DNA of 64,000 nucleotides, from positions 62,001 to 126,000 of the forward strand of contig NIVC01000344.1 of NCBI GenBank assembly GCA_002269645.1, read 5' to 3'. Positions 12,504 to 22,903 of this stretch are shown one piece after another. This DNA comes from Macrostomum lignano. Taxonomy: Eukaryota. Below the pieces are notes generated by a model, which ran no database searches, had not been told where the DNA came from, and saw only the letters and a list, made by a program, of their open reading frames with translations. The translations under genes were made by a program, and so were the position numbers. Every line of letters begins with the position of its first letter. Within the stretch, counting starts at the first letter, position 1.

Positions 12504-12552
12504 NNNNNNNNNNNNNNNNNNNNNNNNNNNNNNNNNNNNNNNNNNNNNNNNN
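12504..12552. other. Assembly gap (49 N)
   Basis: Run of N. Confidence 1.
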
Positions 12553-13612
12553 TAATCAGCTATATCTTAAATTTTGCCAAAATTTTAGAAGTGTTTTGGC
12601 ATTAAAATATTTGTTAGTTCAAGGGCTGGGCAAACCTCTTAGTGCACAATCCATGTTAGGGAAGAAAGTTGACCACTAGTCATTTTTAAGTAGAAAGCAC
12701 TTTATTTGCAATATTTGTAGCTTAGCAAAAAATTTTAAACAAAACCCTCTCTCTTTAAAGCCCTAGACTTTGTATCAGAATTCAAAGACATTTATTTGCC
12801 AATGACATCAGCACATAAATTCAAAATTGCATACTAAAATTTTGAAAAACCTGGAAATTGCAATAAAAGTTAAGTTGTGTGCAGGGCCTTCCTGATTCTT
12901 TTATAAAATTGATAATCATATAACTTATTTTGAATGCGTGCCAAATCTAGGAAAACACAATTGTTATAATACACATATTTTTTATAATATTTTATGCAAA
13001 CTAATATTTGTTTAAACTAGCAATAAAAATTAAAGTATAAATAGAAGCATTTTCAGTGGAGGAGAGACCAACCTTGCGCATTGCAGTTTGATAACAAGAC
13101 AGTTAATAGTGGATAGTAAGAGTTCCAAGTAAACATTATTGAAGATTGTTTTCCAAGTTATTCATTTGCAGAAGAGAAGTGAAGTGGCAGAGAACACATA
13201 CAGTATATACTACTGAGAAGTGGAAGTAGTAAGAGAATACAAAGTAGATCCTAAATTGATACATATAAGAATAACCAGAGACTATGATCCTCTGATCTCA
13301 GTAACGCCCAGGATTAGAAGTATATGCAATATACATACCAGTAAGCCAATATACCACTCAGTCCAAAATAACAATAAACGCTACCAGAATAATAGTAAAC
13401 GCTACTGGAATAACAGGAAAACAATACTTATAAGGGCTAAATAGCAGCTACCAACATTAAAACATTTAATATATAGACAAAAGTTAAGCCCTTTGACAAC
13501 TTTAGTGACAGCTGTGGAATTATTTATAGGGATAGAAGTTTACCCCTAGCACAACTTTGGTGACTCAGCGGTAGGATAATTTCAGTGAGAGCAATCACAC
13601 TTTTGACAGTTG

Positions 13613-14169
13613 GGTATAAGACCAAGATGGCCACAACATTGAGTCTCTTTGGCTTTCCTCTCTTTTTATCATTAATTAGTAACATAGTAGCTATTGTTAT
13701 TTTTATTATGTTTAATCAATCATATTTATAAATACTAATGCAATAATAGATTTGAAACTAAATAATCTTTTTTAGTTTTTATGCCAATTTATTCCTTATC
13801 ATTACATCTATCAAATCTATCAATATCTGTTTATTGAGAAACCATTGTTACTAGTAATGCTATACAAAAATTAAGATACATATACAAGGCAAGGTATTTA
13901 TTTTGTGTTAGACTACTTGCTTGATATAGTGAATAAATATATATAAGTCAAGCTATAATAAAAGCTAAACGCCTAAAGCCAAAAGAATGACTATAATATA
14001 AGGGCCTAATATAATACAATTCCAATATAGCATCTTTTTAGTATCTATTTCTCTAATTAATTATTACCAATAGGAAATAAGTGAAATATATAGACCTAGG
14101 CTTATTATTATCTATTTAGACACTTAAAGCTGTGGCCATCTTGGTGTGTGGCCATCTTGGTCATGTACC
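13613..14169. mobile_element. Merlin-like MITE, duplicate copy
   Basis: Same TIRs and GACAGTTG TSD as 7995-8539. Confidence 0.75.
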
Positions 14170-15397
14170 GACAGTTGCAACCCCCACAACTGAATTTTAA
14201 TGCCAAAACACTTCATAGATAAAAAATGTATATAGTAATGAGTAAGTGTAACAAACAATTCTGCAGGATAGCCATGTCATTTGCTGAGTTTGTTATATAT
14301 AGCAGTATATCCATATATGTGCAACTTTAGGAATCACCTGGTCATTTCTATTGGCAACACATGTACATGTAAGTTGCTATTTGCTAAGACAGTCACGTGA
14401 CTACTATTCTGTCTAATAGTGACTTACATGTGTGGGTTGCCAATAGAAACAGCCAAGTGAATCCCAAGGTTGCACCTAAGTATGAGTATATTAACTATAG
14501 TTCATTTTAGCATTGATTTGGCATCAGTAAAAACCAATTGGCTAAAGTTATTTAAATTTCAAAGGCTATACCCAGGCCTTCTTGATGTTAAGACAATGAT
14601 AGCTAGGGCCTAGGCCTAGTTTATATTATATAATTGTTAGATTAAATACTAAAGTCTAAAATAGGCCTACTTTATTTTATAATATACAAAAAATCTTTTG
14701 ATTTCATTTTTAATTAAAAATTGTATTATAGAATTAAACCATATATAATGTACAAATGTCCAAATTAAAATCTAAAAATCTAAATATTATATTAGATAAT
14801 ATAAGAAATTAAATTCTTTAATAAAATTTCTATAATATTAGAAATTAAAATCCTTACAATACAATGAATGTAAAAATTTAAAAAGAAATCAAAATTGATA
14901 TAAAAGTTGTTCGTGATCACACGAAGTTTGACTTAATTGGATGGATAATTTGATAATTTGAAGTATTAATAACAATAAGTAATTTACTGTTTTTGCTACA
15001 AGTGACGACATTTTCGCGAAAGATTTTTTTATAATAGCGCGCATGAAAGGAAGTAAAACAAGAGGCATATAAGTAGTTTCGTTTATGGTTTAACAAAAGA
15101 ATTTAAGATATTTCAGTTTCTTTGAAAAGCTTAAAACAAAACAATGCATCTAGAAGTATGCTTATACAAAAAAACACGTGTTAACGATGTATTACCCGTT
15201 GATTTGACAATGCTTCACATTGCCATTTACCTAATATACCTCAAAATTATAACCAGTACAGCGGTGACAATAAAGCTTATTTCAGTCAAAATTGCTTGTG
15301 ATCTGGAACAGAAAGATTCGGTTGGCAAATCATTTTTTAAGTCCGAAGAACATAGGCCTTTTCATTTGTGGCATGTTTTTGTGGAAATTGATACTGA

Positions 15398-15906
15398 TAG
15401 AGCTGTCAAAATTAGAGATTTTATTCGAGACAAGATTCGAGACGAGAAAGGCTTATAAGTCGAGAATTTCGAGACGAGACAAGACAAAGTAAATCTAAAA
15501 AATATATTTCAGAAATGCATTTTGTCTTGCTCTTATCTTGCTTTATCTTGTCTTAAATTTCTTGATAAGATACAATTCTAAAATATATTTTTTAGATTTT
15601 CCAGAATACTTTCTTAATTCTAGTTTAAATTTTTTGCTATTTTTGTTAAATAACTGCTCAACATTGGCTAGATTTTACCATTTGAAAATTGCCCTATCAA
15701 GTGTGTTACAACAAACAGTTGTATTTATATGAAAATTTGCTCCCCTTTTTATATCTTATCACTTAAAAGCTTTTGAAAAAAAGTATCAGAAAAATTCTTG
15801 AATCTCATCTTGAATTTCTTGACAAAATTTGAGATTTCTCGAGACAAGAAAAAATGTCGAGATCTTGTCTCGAATCTTGTCTCGCCGAGATCTCGTGACA
15901 GCTCTA
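15398..15906. mobile_element. hAT-like MITE, duplicate copy
   Basis: Same ends as 9762-10270. Confidence 0.7.
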
Positions 15907-16470
15907 GAAATTGAAGTTAATCAATCATTTTTCCTCATTAGGGCTAGGCCTAACTTATTTTTTATTAGGGTTTAGTTAGGCCTAATCTGAACCATCTTAC
16001 TTTTCATTGATTGATATTGTTTTCATTAGTCACATTATCTGTCTTATAAAATACTTTACTTGCCTATAAGACCAAGTCTTTCACCTAGGCTAGGGCCTAG
16101 GCTATGCCTGGCTTACTGGCTATAGTATATTCAATGATCTATTGGCCTAGGCCCTACCTTAGAATTAGATGTCATATAGTTCAGTTACAGTATGATTCTT
16201 TACTAAACAATAATATGTAGGCCTATTTATGTGCACTAACCTATGTCTATATTGCCTATATGCTATGTAGGCCTATAGTAGACTAAAGGGTGTCCAAGGG
16301 CAATCCTTTGGTTACCCACTCTAAATTAATTAAACCCCTTTTTGAACTTTTCAGAATCCAACAAGCTCACAGAGTTCTACATAGGGTAGTAGTATATTAT
16401 ATAATAGAGTATATTATCCAGTATTATCTAATATATTATCTAGTAAACATGCCACAATGCAGTGCTATGC

Positions 16471-17630
16471 AACCGCTTGCCTAGGCTGAATCCGCTGCTT
16501 CTCAGCTGGCAAAGTGGTTTCAGACCAGGCAAGTCTACAACTGAGCAGGTTGCAACCATCTGCTGTATCATTGAAGCCTATAAGACATATCAGCATTCCA
16601 TCTTAATTGATTTTGTTGACTTCCGCAAAGCATTCAACTCAGTTGATAGACTTGCACTTCTGTGGATTTTGTCCTACTATGACATTCCTTCCAAACTTGT
16701 AGCTGCTGTGATAGACTTATACAGCATTTTAAGAGCATTTGTTCAGTTAAGCGACAGCCCCACTGAAGAATTTAGCACAACTTCTGGCGTCCTTCAGGGC
16801 AACATGCTGGCTCCACTACTCTTCATTGTTGTAGTAGACTATGTTCTTCACCAATGCCTGCGTGAAGATGATGGCTATGTGCTGGTCTCACGCTGAAGCT
16901 CCCGATATCCTGCCATCTCGCTGCCTGCTCTAGCCTATGCTGACAACATTGCTCTTCTGTGTCACGATCCGGCTGCTGCCCAATGGGCTCTGTCTAGACT
17001 CTACAAGGGTACCCGAGTTGGCTTGGTGATCAATGCATCCAAGACTGAGGTGCTCCACATGGCCTCTGCAACTACCCCTGCGCTAGCTCTTCCAAATAGA
17101 GAAGTCATCAAGGTGTGCAAGGATTTCCTCTACCTTGGCTCCCTTGTCTTGAGCCCCAACACCATTGTTTCTGATAGGACTCAGGCCTAGCTCAGGAGCA
17201 TCTTCAATTCAACAGCTCATGACAACCTAAAGATGTGCCTTTTTTCGCACTGCCATTGAGCCGATTCTCCTATATGGCATGGAGGCTATGCCAATGACTG
17301 CAATGCAACAGCAAGCCCTGGATGCCCACTACAGGTCACTGCTCTGCTATGCCCTGGGCATGCACTACCCTGATAGTGTTCTGACCAGGGACCTGATGAC
17401 TTGCACTAGTGTTCCTGCGCTCAGCTGCACTATCTGTAAACGCCGTCAGATGTTATTTGGCTGCTGCCTAAGAAGCCATGGCCAGGGCAAGCAAAATCCT
17501 CTGGTGCTAGCTCTCCTATATTAGCCCACTAAGTGCCTGCGTCGTGGCCAAGGCCAAACTATGACATTAAATGATACATCTCTGACTGACTTGCAGGCCA
17601 TTGGGCTCAGCCCCCAGTCCGCTATGACTT
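16471..17630 (+). pseudogene. Duplicate of the RTE-like RT pseudogene
   Basis: Same translation as 10826-11260 (ORF 16462-16896). Confidence 0.9.
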
Positions 17631-19038
17631 GCCCTCTTGGTTGTTCTGCAAACATGTCTGCGCAAAGTCTAGCTAGATCTCTTTTTTCTGTGCTACTCTC
17701 TGCGTTGCTACATATATATATATCCAATAGAGGATATTGCCAAAATGCTGATGGGAGAAGCTTGGCACCACATAAAAATCCTACAGGACAAAGCAATGCC
17801 ACATGTCTCTCGCAAGTCCTGTTATTAGCAAGCAGGTGGTACCTCGCCATCTATCACATTTTTCTTTGTTAACATTGGGTACCAGCGCAACCAATCCTCA
17901 ATGATTCATATCAAGGTCACATAGTATAATGCTGTTGATGACTTCAATAGCAAAGACAATAGATTGTGGCACTGGAAGTTGGCCAGCCATACTAGCAGTA
18001 GCTGTAAAGTTCAAAAAGGGGTTTAAATAATTTAGAGCAGGAAACCAAAAGATTGCTAACTCTAGAATCTAGTATAGGCTTAGGCATAGCTTTTTGCATG
18101 CTAATTAAAGAAAACTTGCATTCAATTTAAGAATGGCTGCTACATAGGCTTAACCATTAGTGCTATCTATAGACATAGCATATTTTTGCTTTTATTTATT
18201 AATTTAAAAAAAGTTAAAACATTATTTTTGAAAAAATACCAAGGCCCTTTATTTAAGACCTAAATATAAACATCAAAGTGTTAAATAAAGTCACCCTAAT
18301 CAAGGAAGATAAGATAGATATTTTTGAAAGACTAGGCCCCTATAAATAGCCTATTGTGCAAACTATTGTATTTTTGCAGCTTTATGTTTTTAGTAAAAGT
18401 TCTTATATGTCTCATAGGCTTTTGTCAATTTTTGAAAAATAATTAATTGCTAAGAATAAGATAAAGAAAGAAAAAATGAAGTAGACAATAGATGAAAAAG
18501 TAAAAAAAGGTGAAAAAAGAGTAAAGAGAAAAGAAAAAAAGATATTAGGTTGCCAATTCCTTTAATTCCATCAAGTTGTATAATTAAGTGCTTTAAGTTT
18601 TTAGATATGGGCTACTAAAACATTTTCTAGTTAATTTGCCAATTGAATAATCTTATCTTCTAATAGATCTATAGATAGAGACTTCAATAGGGATCCTATG
18701 ACTTGTCAATATATATGCAAAAGGCAAGTTTGTATAAAAATAGGATTTTTAAAATTTTCTAAGTTTTAACTTTGCAATATCATATATCATGCTTAAAGAA
18801 AAATGTATAGAGAAAAACTTATAAGTTTAAAATAAAATAAAGAAACAATAATAGACAAATAGATGAAATTTAAGCAAATTTATAATTCTGATCTGTATTA
18901 TATGGAAGTTGATATTAAAGCATGATATTTATAAAATGTTGCTAGTTACCATATATATATTTCTTTGTGCTAATATCTATGGCAAACAGGCCAAATGATC
19001 AACTTGGTTATCTTTTATCAATGGCTATCTATCTATAT

Positions 19039-19105
19039 CAGGGGGGTTGGCAAACTCTGGCCAATAGGCCACATGTAGCCTGCAAAGCCTATTTGGCCCT
19101 TGGGA
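19039..19105 (+). mobile_element. hAT/Charlie-like transposon terminus, CpG-decayed
   Basis: CAGGGGGGTTGGCAAACTCTGGCCAATAGGCCACATGTAGCC resembles the common hAT end CAGGGGTCGGCAAAC...GGCCACATGCGGCCC. A related end sits at 47126-47170. Confidence 0.5.
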
Positions 19106-19559
19106 TCCTTTGAAACTTCACAACAGCAATCTGGCCTGCTCAATGTCTGTATTTCTTCTCAGCACTCTTCTTTCTAATCTCTTCTTTTCCTCTCTCTTCT
19201 CTTCTCTTCCCTTTCTCCTCACCTCACCTCACCCCAGAATTTAAAGCTAGGTTAGCTAAACTACTGACTTGGATAGCAAAAACTATTGTTTCCTTCTAAC
19301 CAAACCAACTTAGCCCTTTTGGCCATAGGCACTCCCAAGCATCAATGCTATGTTTTTGTTATTCAGTATTTTGAAGTTGATTAAAATTGGCACATGCTAT
19401 CCTTAGCCAATAGGTACACTTGAAAGCAATAGTCACTGTTAGGCATCTTAGTTGCTCCAAGCTGGATAGCATTCAGTGAATTTCATTTTAGAGGACTTAT
19501 CTGTTATACCTTAGATTGCCAAATCTTTAACTACTTGGTTGGAAGTGTTTAGACTAGAT

Positions 19560-20600
19560 TGGTCCAGCTAGGGGTTTTGCTAAAGACACCCATGAAGTCC
19601 TTTATGACATGCTTGAGTTGGCTTGAGTCGATTTCTCATCGAGGTGTTCGATATCTTTGGCTCAATATCCTGCAAGTACACTGACACCTGCACCAGGAAT
19701 GCCTCTTGTGGCTTGTATTTTTTGAGCAAGTTTATATATAAAATGTTCATAAATTCTATTTCCTATTTGAATCCAATAGTTCACATTGGACCCCATTGGT
19801 GCACTTTGCTAGCAATTGGTACAGACCTTGCCATTTGGCATGCAGATTCTTGGACAATGATGACAGTAACAGTAGCACGTGATTGCCAGACAACAATTCT
19901 TGTTCATACAATCTCCGGTCATACCAGAGTTTCTGGTGCTTCCATTCCACCTGCTTGCTGCGTCTAGTCTTGCATGCAGTCAATCTCTCTGTGCCAGGAC
20001 AAAGGAGATGATGTCCTTTTGATGACCTCCTTGGTGACCTTGGTGAGTAACTTACTTATTACTGCCTGTCCCAGGCCTGACGCAGCAGATTGAATGGTCC
20101 TTGAACTGCCTGGCTGTTCTTATGGCACCTCCCTGATAGCAAACAGTGGATATGGCGGATACTGGTATCACTTCTTTTTGCGTGCCAACAGCCTTCTCAG
20201 CATGGTCTTCAGTGTGCCTTGGAATCGTTCTACTAGCTTGATGGATGGTATAGTGCCGATTCCAATTCAACAGTACAAGGCCTGCAGCATCGTGGACCAG
20301 AAGTTGGTGTCTGACACTTTGAATCTCTTTTGAGAAGCCAGTCCTTGTGAAGCAGTCGATCGCTGCTTTGGCCACAGACTGCATTGATCTTTTTGGAGCG
20401 GGAAAACCGAGTCGCTGAGTCAATTACAGACAATATGTACGCCTGTTGTCTTCGAGTATGACTCACTAATGTCGATGATCACCTTGTTAAAGGCCTCCTC
20501 CATTCCTGGTACTTAAACCAGAGGTACTTTCTGGCTGCTAAGCACTTGGGCCATCTTCTGGCGTCTGGTCGCACGACGCCACAAGTCCTCACATCCTTGG
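19560..20600 (-). mobile_element. Degenerate Ty3/Gypsy pol remnant: integrase core plus GPY/F tail, followed by a pre-RT linker (Gmr1-like order)
   Basis: Minus-strand frames give YILSVIDSATRF, SVAKAAIDCFTRTGFSKEIQS, PYPLFAIREVP, QKLWYDRR...GNHVLLLL...HAKWQGLY, INLLKKY, then QLKHVIKDFMGVFSKTPSWTNLV. Frameshifted. Confidence 0.8.
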
Positions 20601-20715
20601 TCACTTAGTCACTTAGTCACTTAGTCCTTAATTTTCCACTTCCTTATTAAGTCAAACCCATCTTATCTTGATGCTGTAAGCCTGCAAACCTGACAAAAAT
20701 AACATAAAAGCTATT

Positions 20716-21276
20716 ATGCGGCGGCAAAAGTCTCAAGCAGCGGCAGCAGCAGCTACCAAGAAGCAACCACTGAACGCTAAATCAACTAATGTAGTTGTCA
20801 CTAGCGGCGGAGGCGACAAAGCCAACGCTAGCCGCGACCCGGCCCAACTGCCGGCTCAATTCGCTCCGCCATTATCTAGCACACCTGCTGCAGCCCTAAT
20901 TGGCCGCGCCGCGGTTAGGAATCGGCCGGCTGCCGCTGCTGCCGCTGCTGCCCCGTCTCCTGTAGCCCGTCGGGTTGAAGCTTCAGCAACGCCCGCTTCA
21001 TCCGGCGCTCGTCAGTCGTACAGGCGATCAGCTGCTCCTGCTGTTGTGAGGCCTCGCGTGTCCGCCTCGCCTGAGCCTCCTGCCGCTGTGGCTGGTGAAA
21101 ACGATGTGGATTCGGATGACTCGCTGTCGGCTGCGGCGCCTGCCGATAATGCTGAAAATGAGCCAGCCAGAGCCGCCAGGAGGCCTTCTCATCCTCCTGC
21201 TTCTGCGTCTCATTCGAAGAAGTCGACAACTGCGGCAGCGCCTAGTGGTAGCAAGAGTCAGCAGCTTGCTAGAAAG
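20716..21276 (+). CDS. CENPA: CenH3/CENP-A-like gene, exon 1 (long Ala/Pro/Ser/Arg-rich N-terminal tail)
   Basis: ATG at 20716, MRRQKSQAAAAAATKK..., open to SQQLARK. Donor AAG|GTGCGT at 21277; an alternative GT lies at 21281. Linkage to exon 2 is inferred. Confidence 0.65.
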
Positions 21277-21413
21277 GTGCGTGCGCCCTTTGCTTCTCAT
21301 AACACTTTTTTACCTTTTACGTTTTTTAAAACGTACCTGATACGTTTTAAGAGAATTATCTAGGTTTGCGAAGACCGTTTAGGCTAAAGGAGGGCTATTT
21401 AGGTTTAAGGGGT

Positions 21414-21737
21414 TGGGGTTGTAGCCTAGTGGTCAGAGCGTCGGACTCACGCCTGAAAGGCCGGGGGTTCGATTCTCGACCCACTCGGAACAATTTGTGT
21501 CCTTGAGCAAGACACTTAACTCTGCATTGCTTCAGTTCACCCAGCTGTAAATGGGTGCCAGCATTAGCTGGGGTAATTGAGGCTGTGTGTGGCGACCCCC
21601 CAGTCCTTGGACTGAACAGCCGTACGCAACCTTCAGATACGCCGAGCAAAAGCTGCGGCTAAGCTGTCGGTTGCACATCTGGCCATTAAGGCAAGTGTAA
21701 TCAGTTATTGTTAATACTATTATTATTATTATTATTA
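21414..21737 (+). mobile_element. tRNA-derived SINE (full length, in the CenH3 intron)
   Basis: A box TAGCCTAGTGG, B box GGTTCGATTC, central GTGTCCTTGAGCAAGACACTTAAC...CACCCAGCTGTAAATGGGTGCC, and an (ATT)n tail at ~21719-21737. Confidence 0.85.
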
Positions 21738-21800
21738 TGTTTAAAGAAGGACTGTTTAGGTTTAAAGCATGGCTATTTAATGTAGCTCAAGTCCGTTCAG

Positions 21801-22211
21801 TTGAATCCCACTACAATAGTTCATTCTGCACTTTTGTCGCTAGCTCACGTCAATCGAAACCCTCCCCACACCAAGCAGCCGCAGCAGCAGCATCGTCGCA
21901 AGCGTCAGCACGTGGAGCGTCAGATTCGCTACTTCCAATCTTCAACTGATCTGCTAATTAGAAAGCTGCCATTTATGCGCCTAGTGAAAGAGATCACGGC
22001 CTATTTGAAGCACAATGGCCAGCTGGTTGTATCGCCGGGCGTTGGCGACACTTGGCAAGCGTTGGCGATTTGCTGTCTGCAGACGGCCGCCGAAGCCTAT
22101 GTTGTACAGGTCTTGAGCGATGCCTACAGGCTATGCCAGCACAGGAGTCGGATTACACTGTCTAGGGAGGACCTGCTGCTGGTCTGCCAGCTGTGCAATC
22201 ACGGAATTTAG
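21801..22211 (+). CDS. CENPA: CenH3/CENP-A-like gene, exon 2 (histone H3 fold)
   Basis: QIRYFQSSTDLLIRKLPFMRLVKEI...TWQALAICCLQTAAEAYVV...DAYRLCQHRSRITLSREDLLL aligns to the H3 fold with an extended loop 1, F-to-W, Q68 loss and DAY. Acceptor is either TTCAG|21801 or GCTAG|21844. Confidence 0.8.
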   Translation: MNPTTIVHSALLSLAHVNRNPPHTKQPQQQHRRKRQHVERQIRYFQSSTDLLIRKLPFMRLVKEITAYLKHNGQLVVSPGVGDTWQALAICCLQTAAEAYVVQVLSDAYRLCQHRSRITLSREDLLLVCQLCNHGI

Positions 22212-22290
22212 CCGCTCTGATGATGATCTACTGACTATATCTGAAATAGTTCTGGGCGTGCTTGGTGCTAATCCCATGCGAGTTTCTTAC

Positions 22291-22903
22291 GTGTGGTTTC
22301 CCCTTCCCAGATCCCTAGTTGTGTGGTTTTCCCCTTCTCAAATCCCTTTTTTCTGAGGCTTTCCCCTACCCAGATCCCTATTTGTGTGGTTTTCCCCTTC
22401 TCAAATCCCTTTTTTCTGAGGCTTTCCCCTACCTAGATCCCTGTTTGTGTGGTTTTCCCCTTTCTAGATCCCTATTTGTGTGGTTTTCCCCTTTCCAGAT
22501 CCCTATTTGTGTAGTTTTCCCCTTTCCAGATCCCTATTGTGTGGTTTTCCCCTTTCCAGATCCCTATTTGTGTGGTTTTCCCCTTTCCAGATCCCTATTG
22601 TGTGGTTTTCCCCTTTCCAGATCCCTATTTGTGTGGTTTTCCCCTTCCCAGATCCCTATTGTGTGGTTTACCCCTTTCCAGATCCCTATTTGTGTAGTTT
22701 TCCCCTTTCCAGATCCCTATTCTATTGTGTGGTTTTCCCCTTTCCAGATCCCTATTTGTGTGGTTTTCCCCTTTCCAGATCCCTATTGTGTGGTTTTCCC
22801 TTTCCAGATCCCTATTGTGTGGTTTTCCTCTTTCCAGATCCCTATTTGTGTGGTTTTCCCCTTCCCAGATCCCTATTTGTGTGATTCCCCCTTCCCAGAT
22901 CCC
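22291..22903. repeat. Minisatellite, ~30-32 bp unit GTGTGGTTTTCCCCTTTCCAGATCCCTATT(T)
   Basis: About 19 tandem units seen directly. Confidence 0.95.

Larger units (their letters stand above)
12553..18138. repeat. Copy 2 of the ~5.6 kb direct duplication
   Basis: Begins exactly after the N gap with TAATCAGCTATATC, which matches 6934. Confidence 0.97.

Noticed and set aside
6180-19620. Fungal-style RIP triggered by the 5.6 kb duplication
   Set aside because: Depletion extends beyond the duplicated segment, the two copies share the same mutations, and the reconstructed changes are at CpG rather than CpA. Ordinary 5mC decay is the simpler explanation.
21414-21490. tRNA gene
   Set aside because: The acceptor stem and 3' end do not form a canonical cloverleaf, and it continues into a SINE body and tail shared with the 43100 copy.
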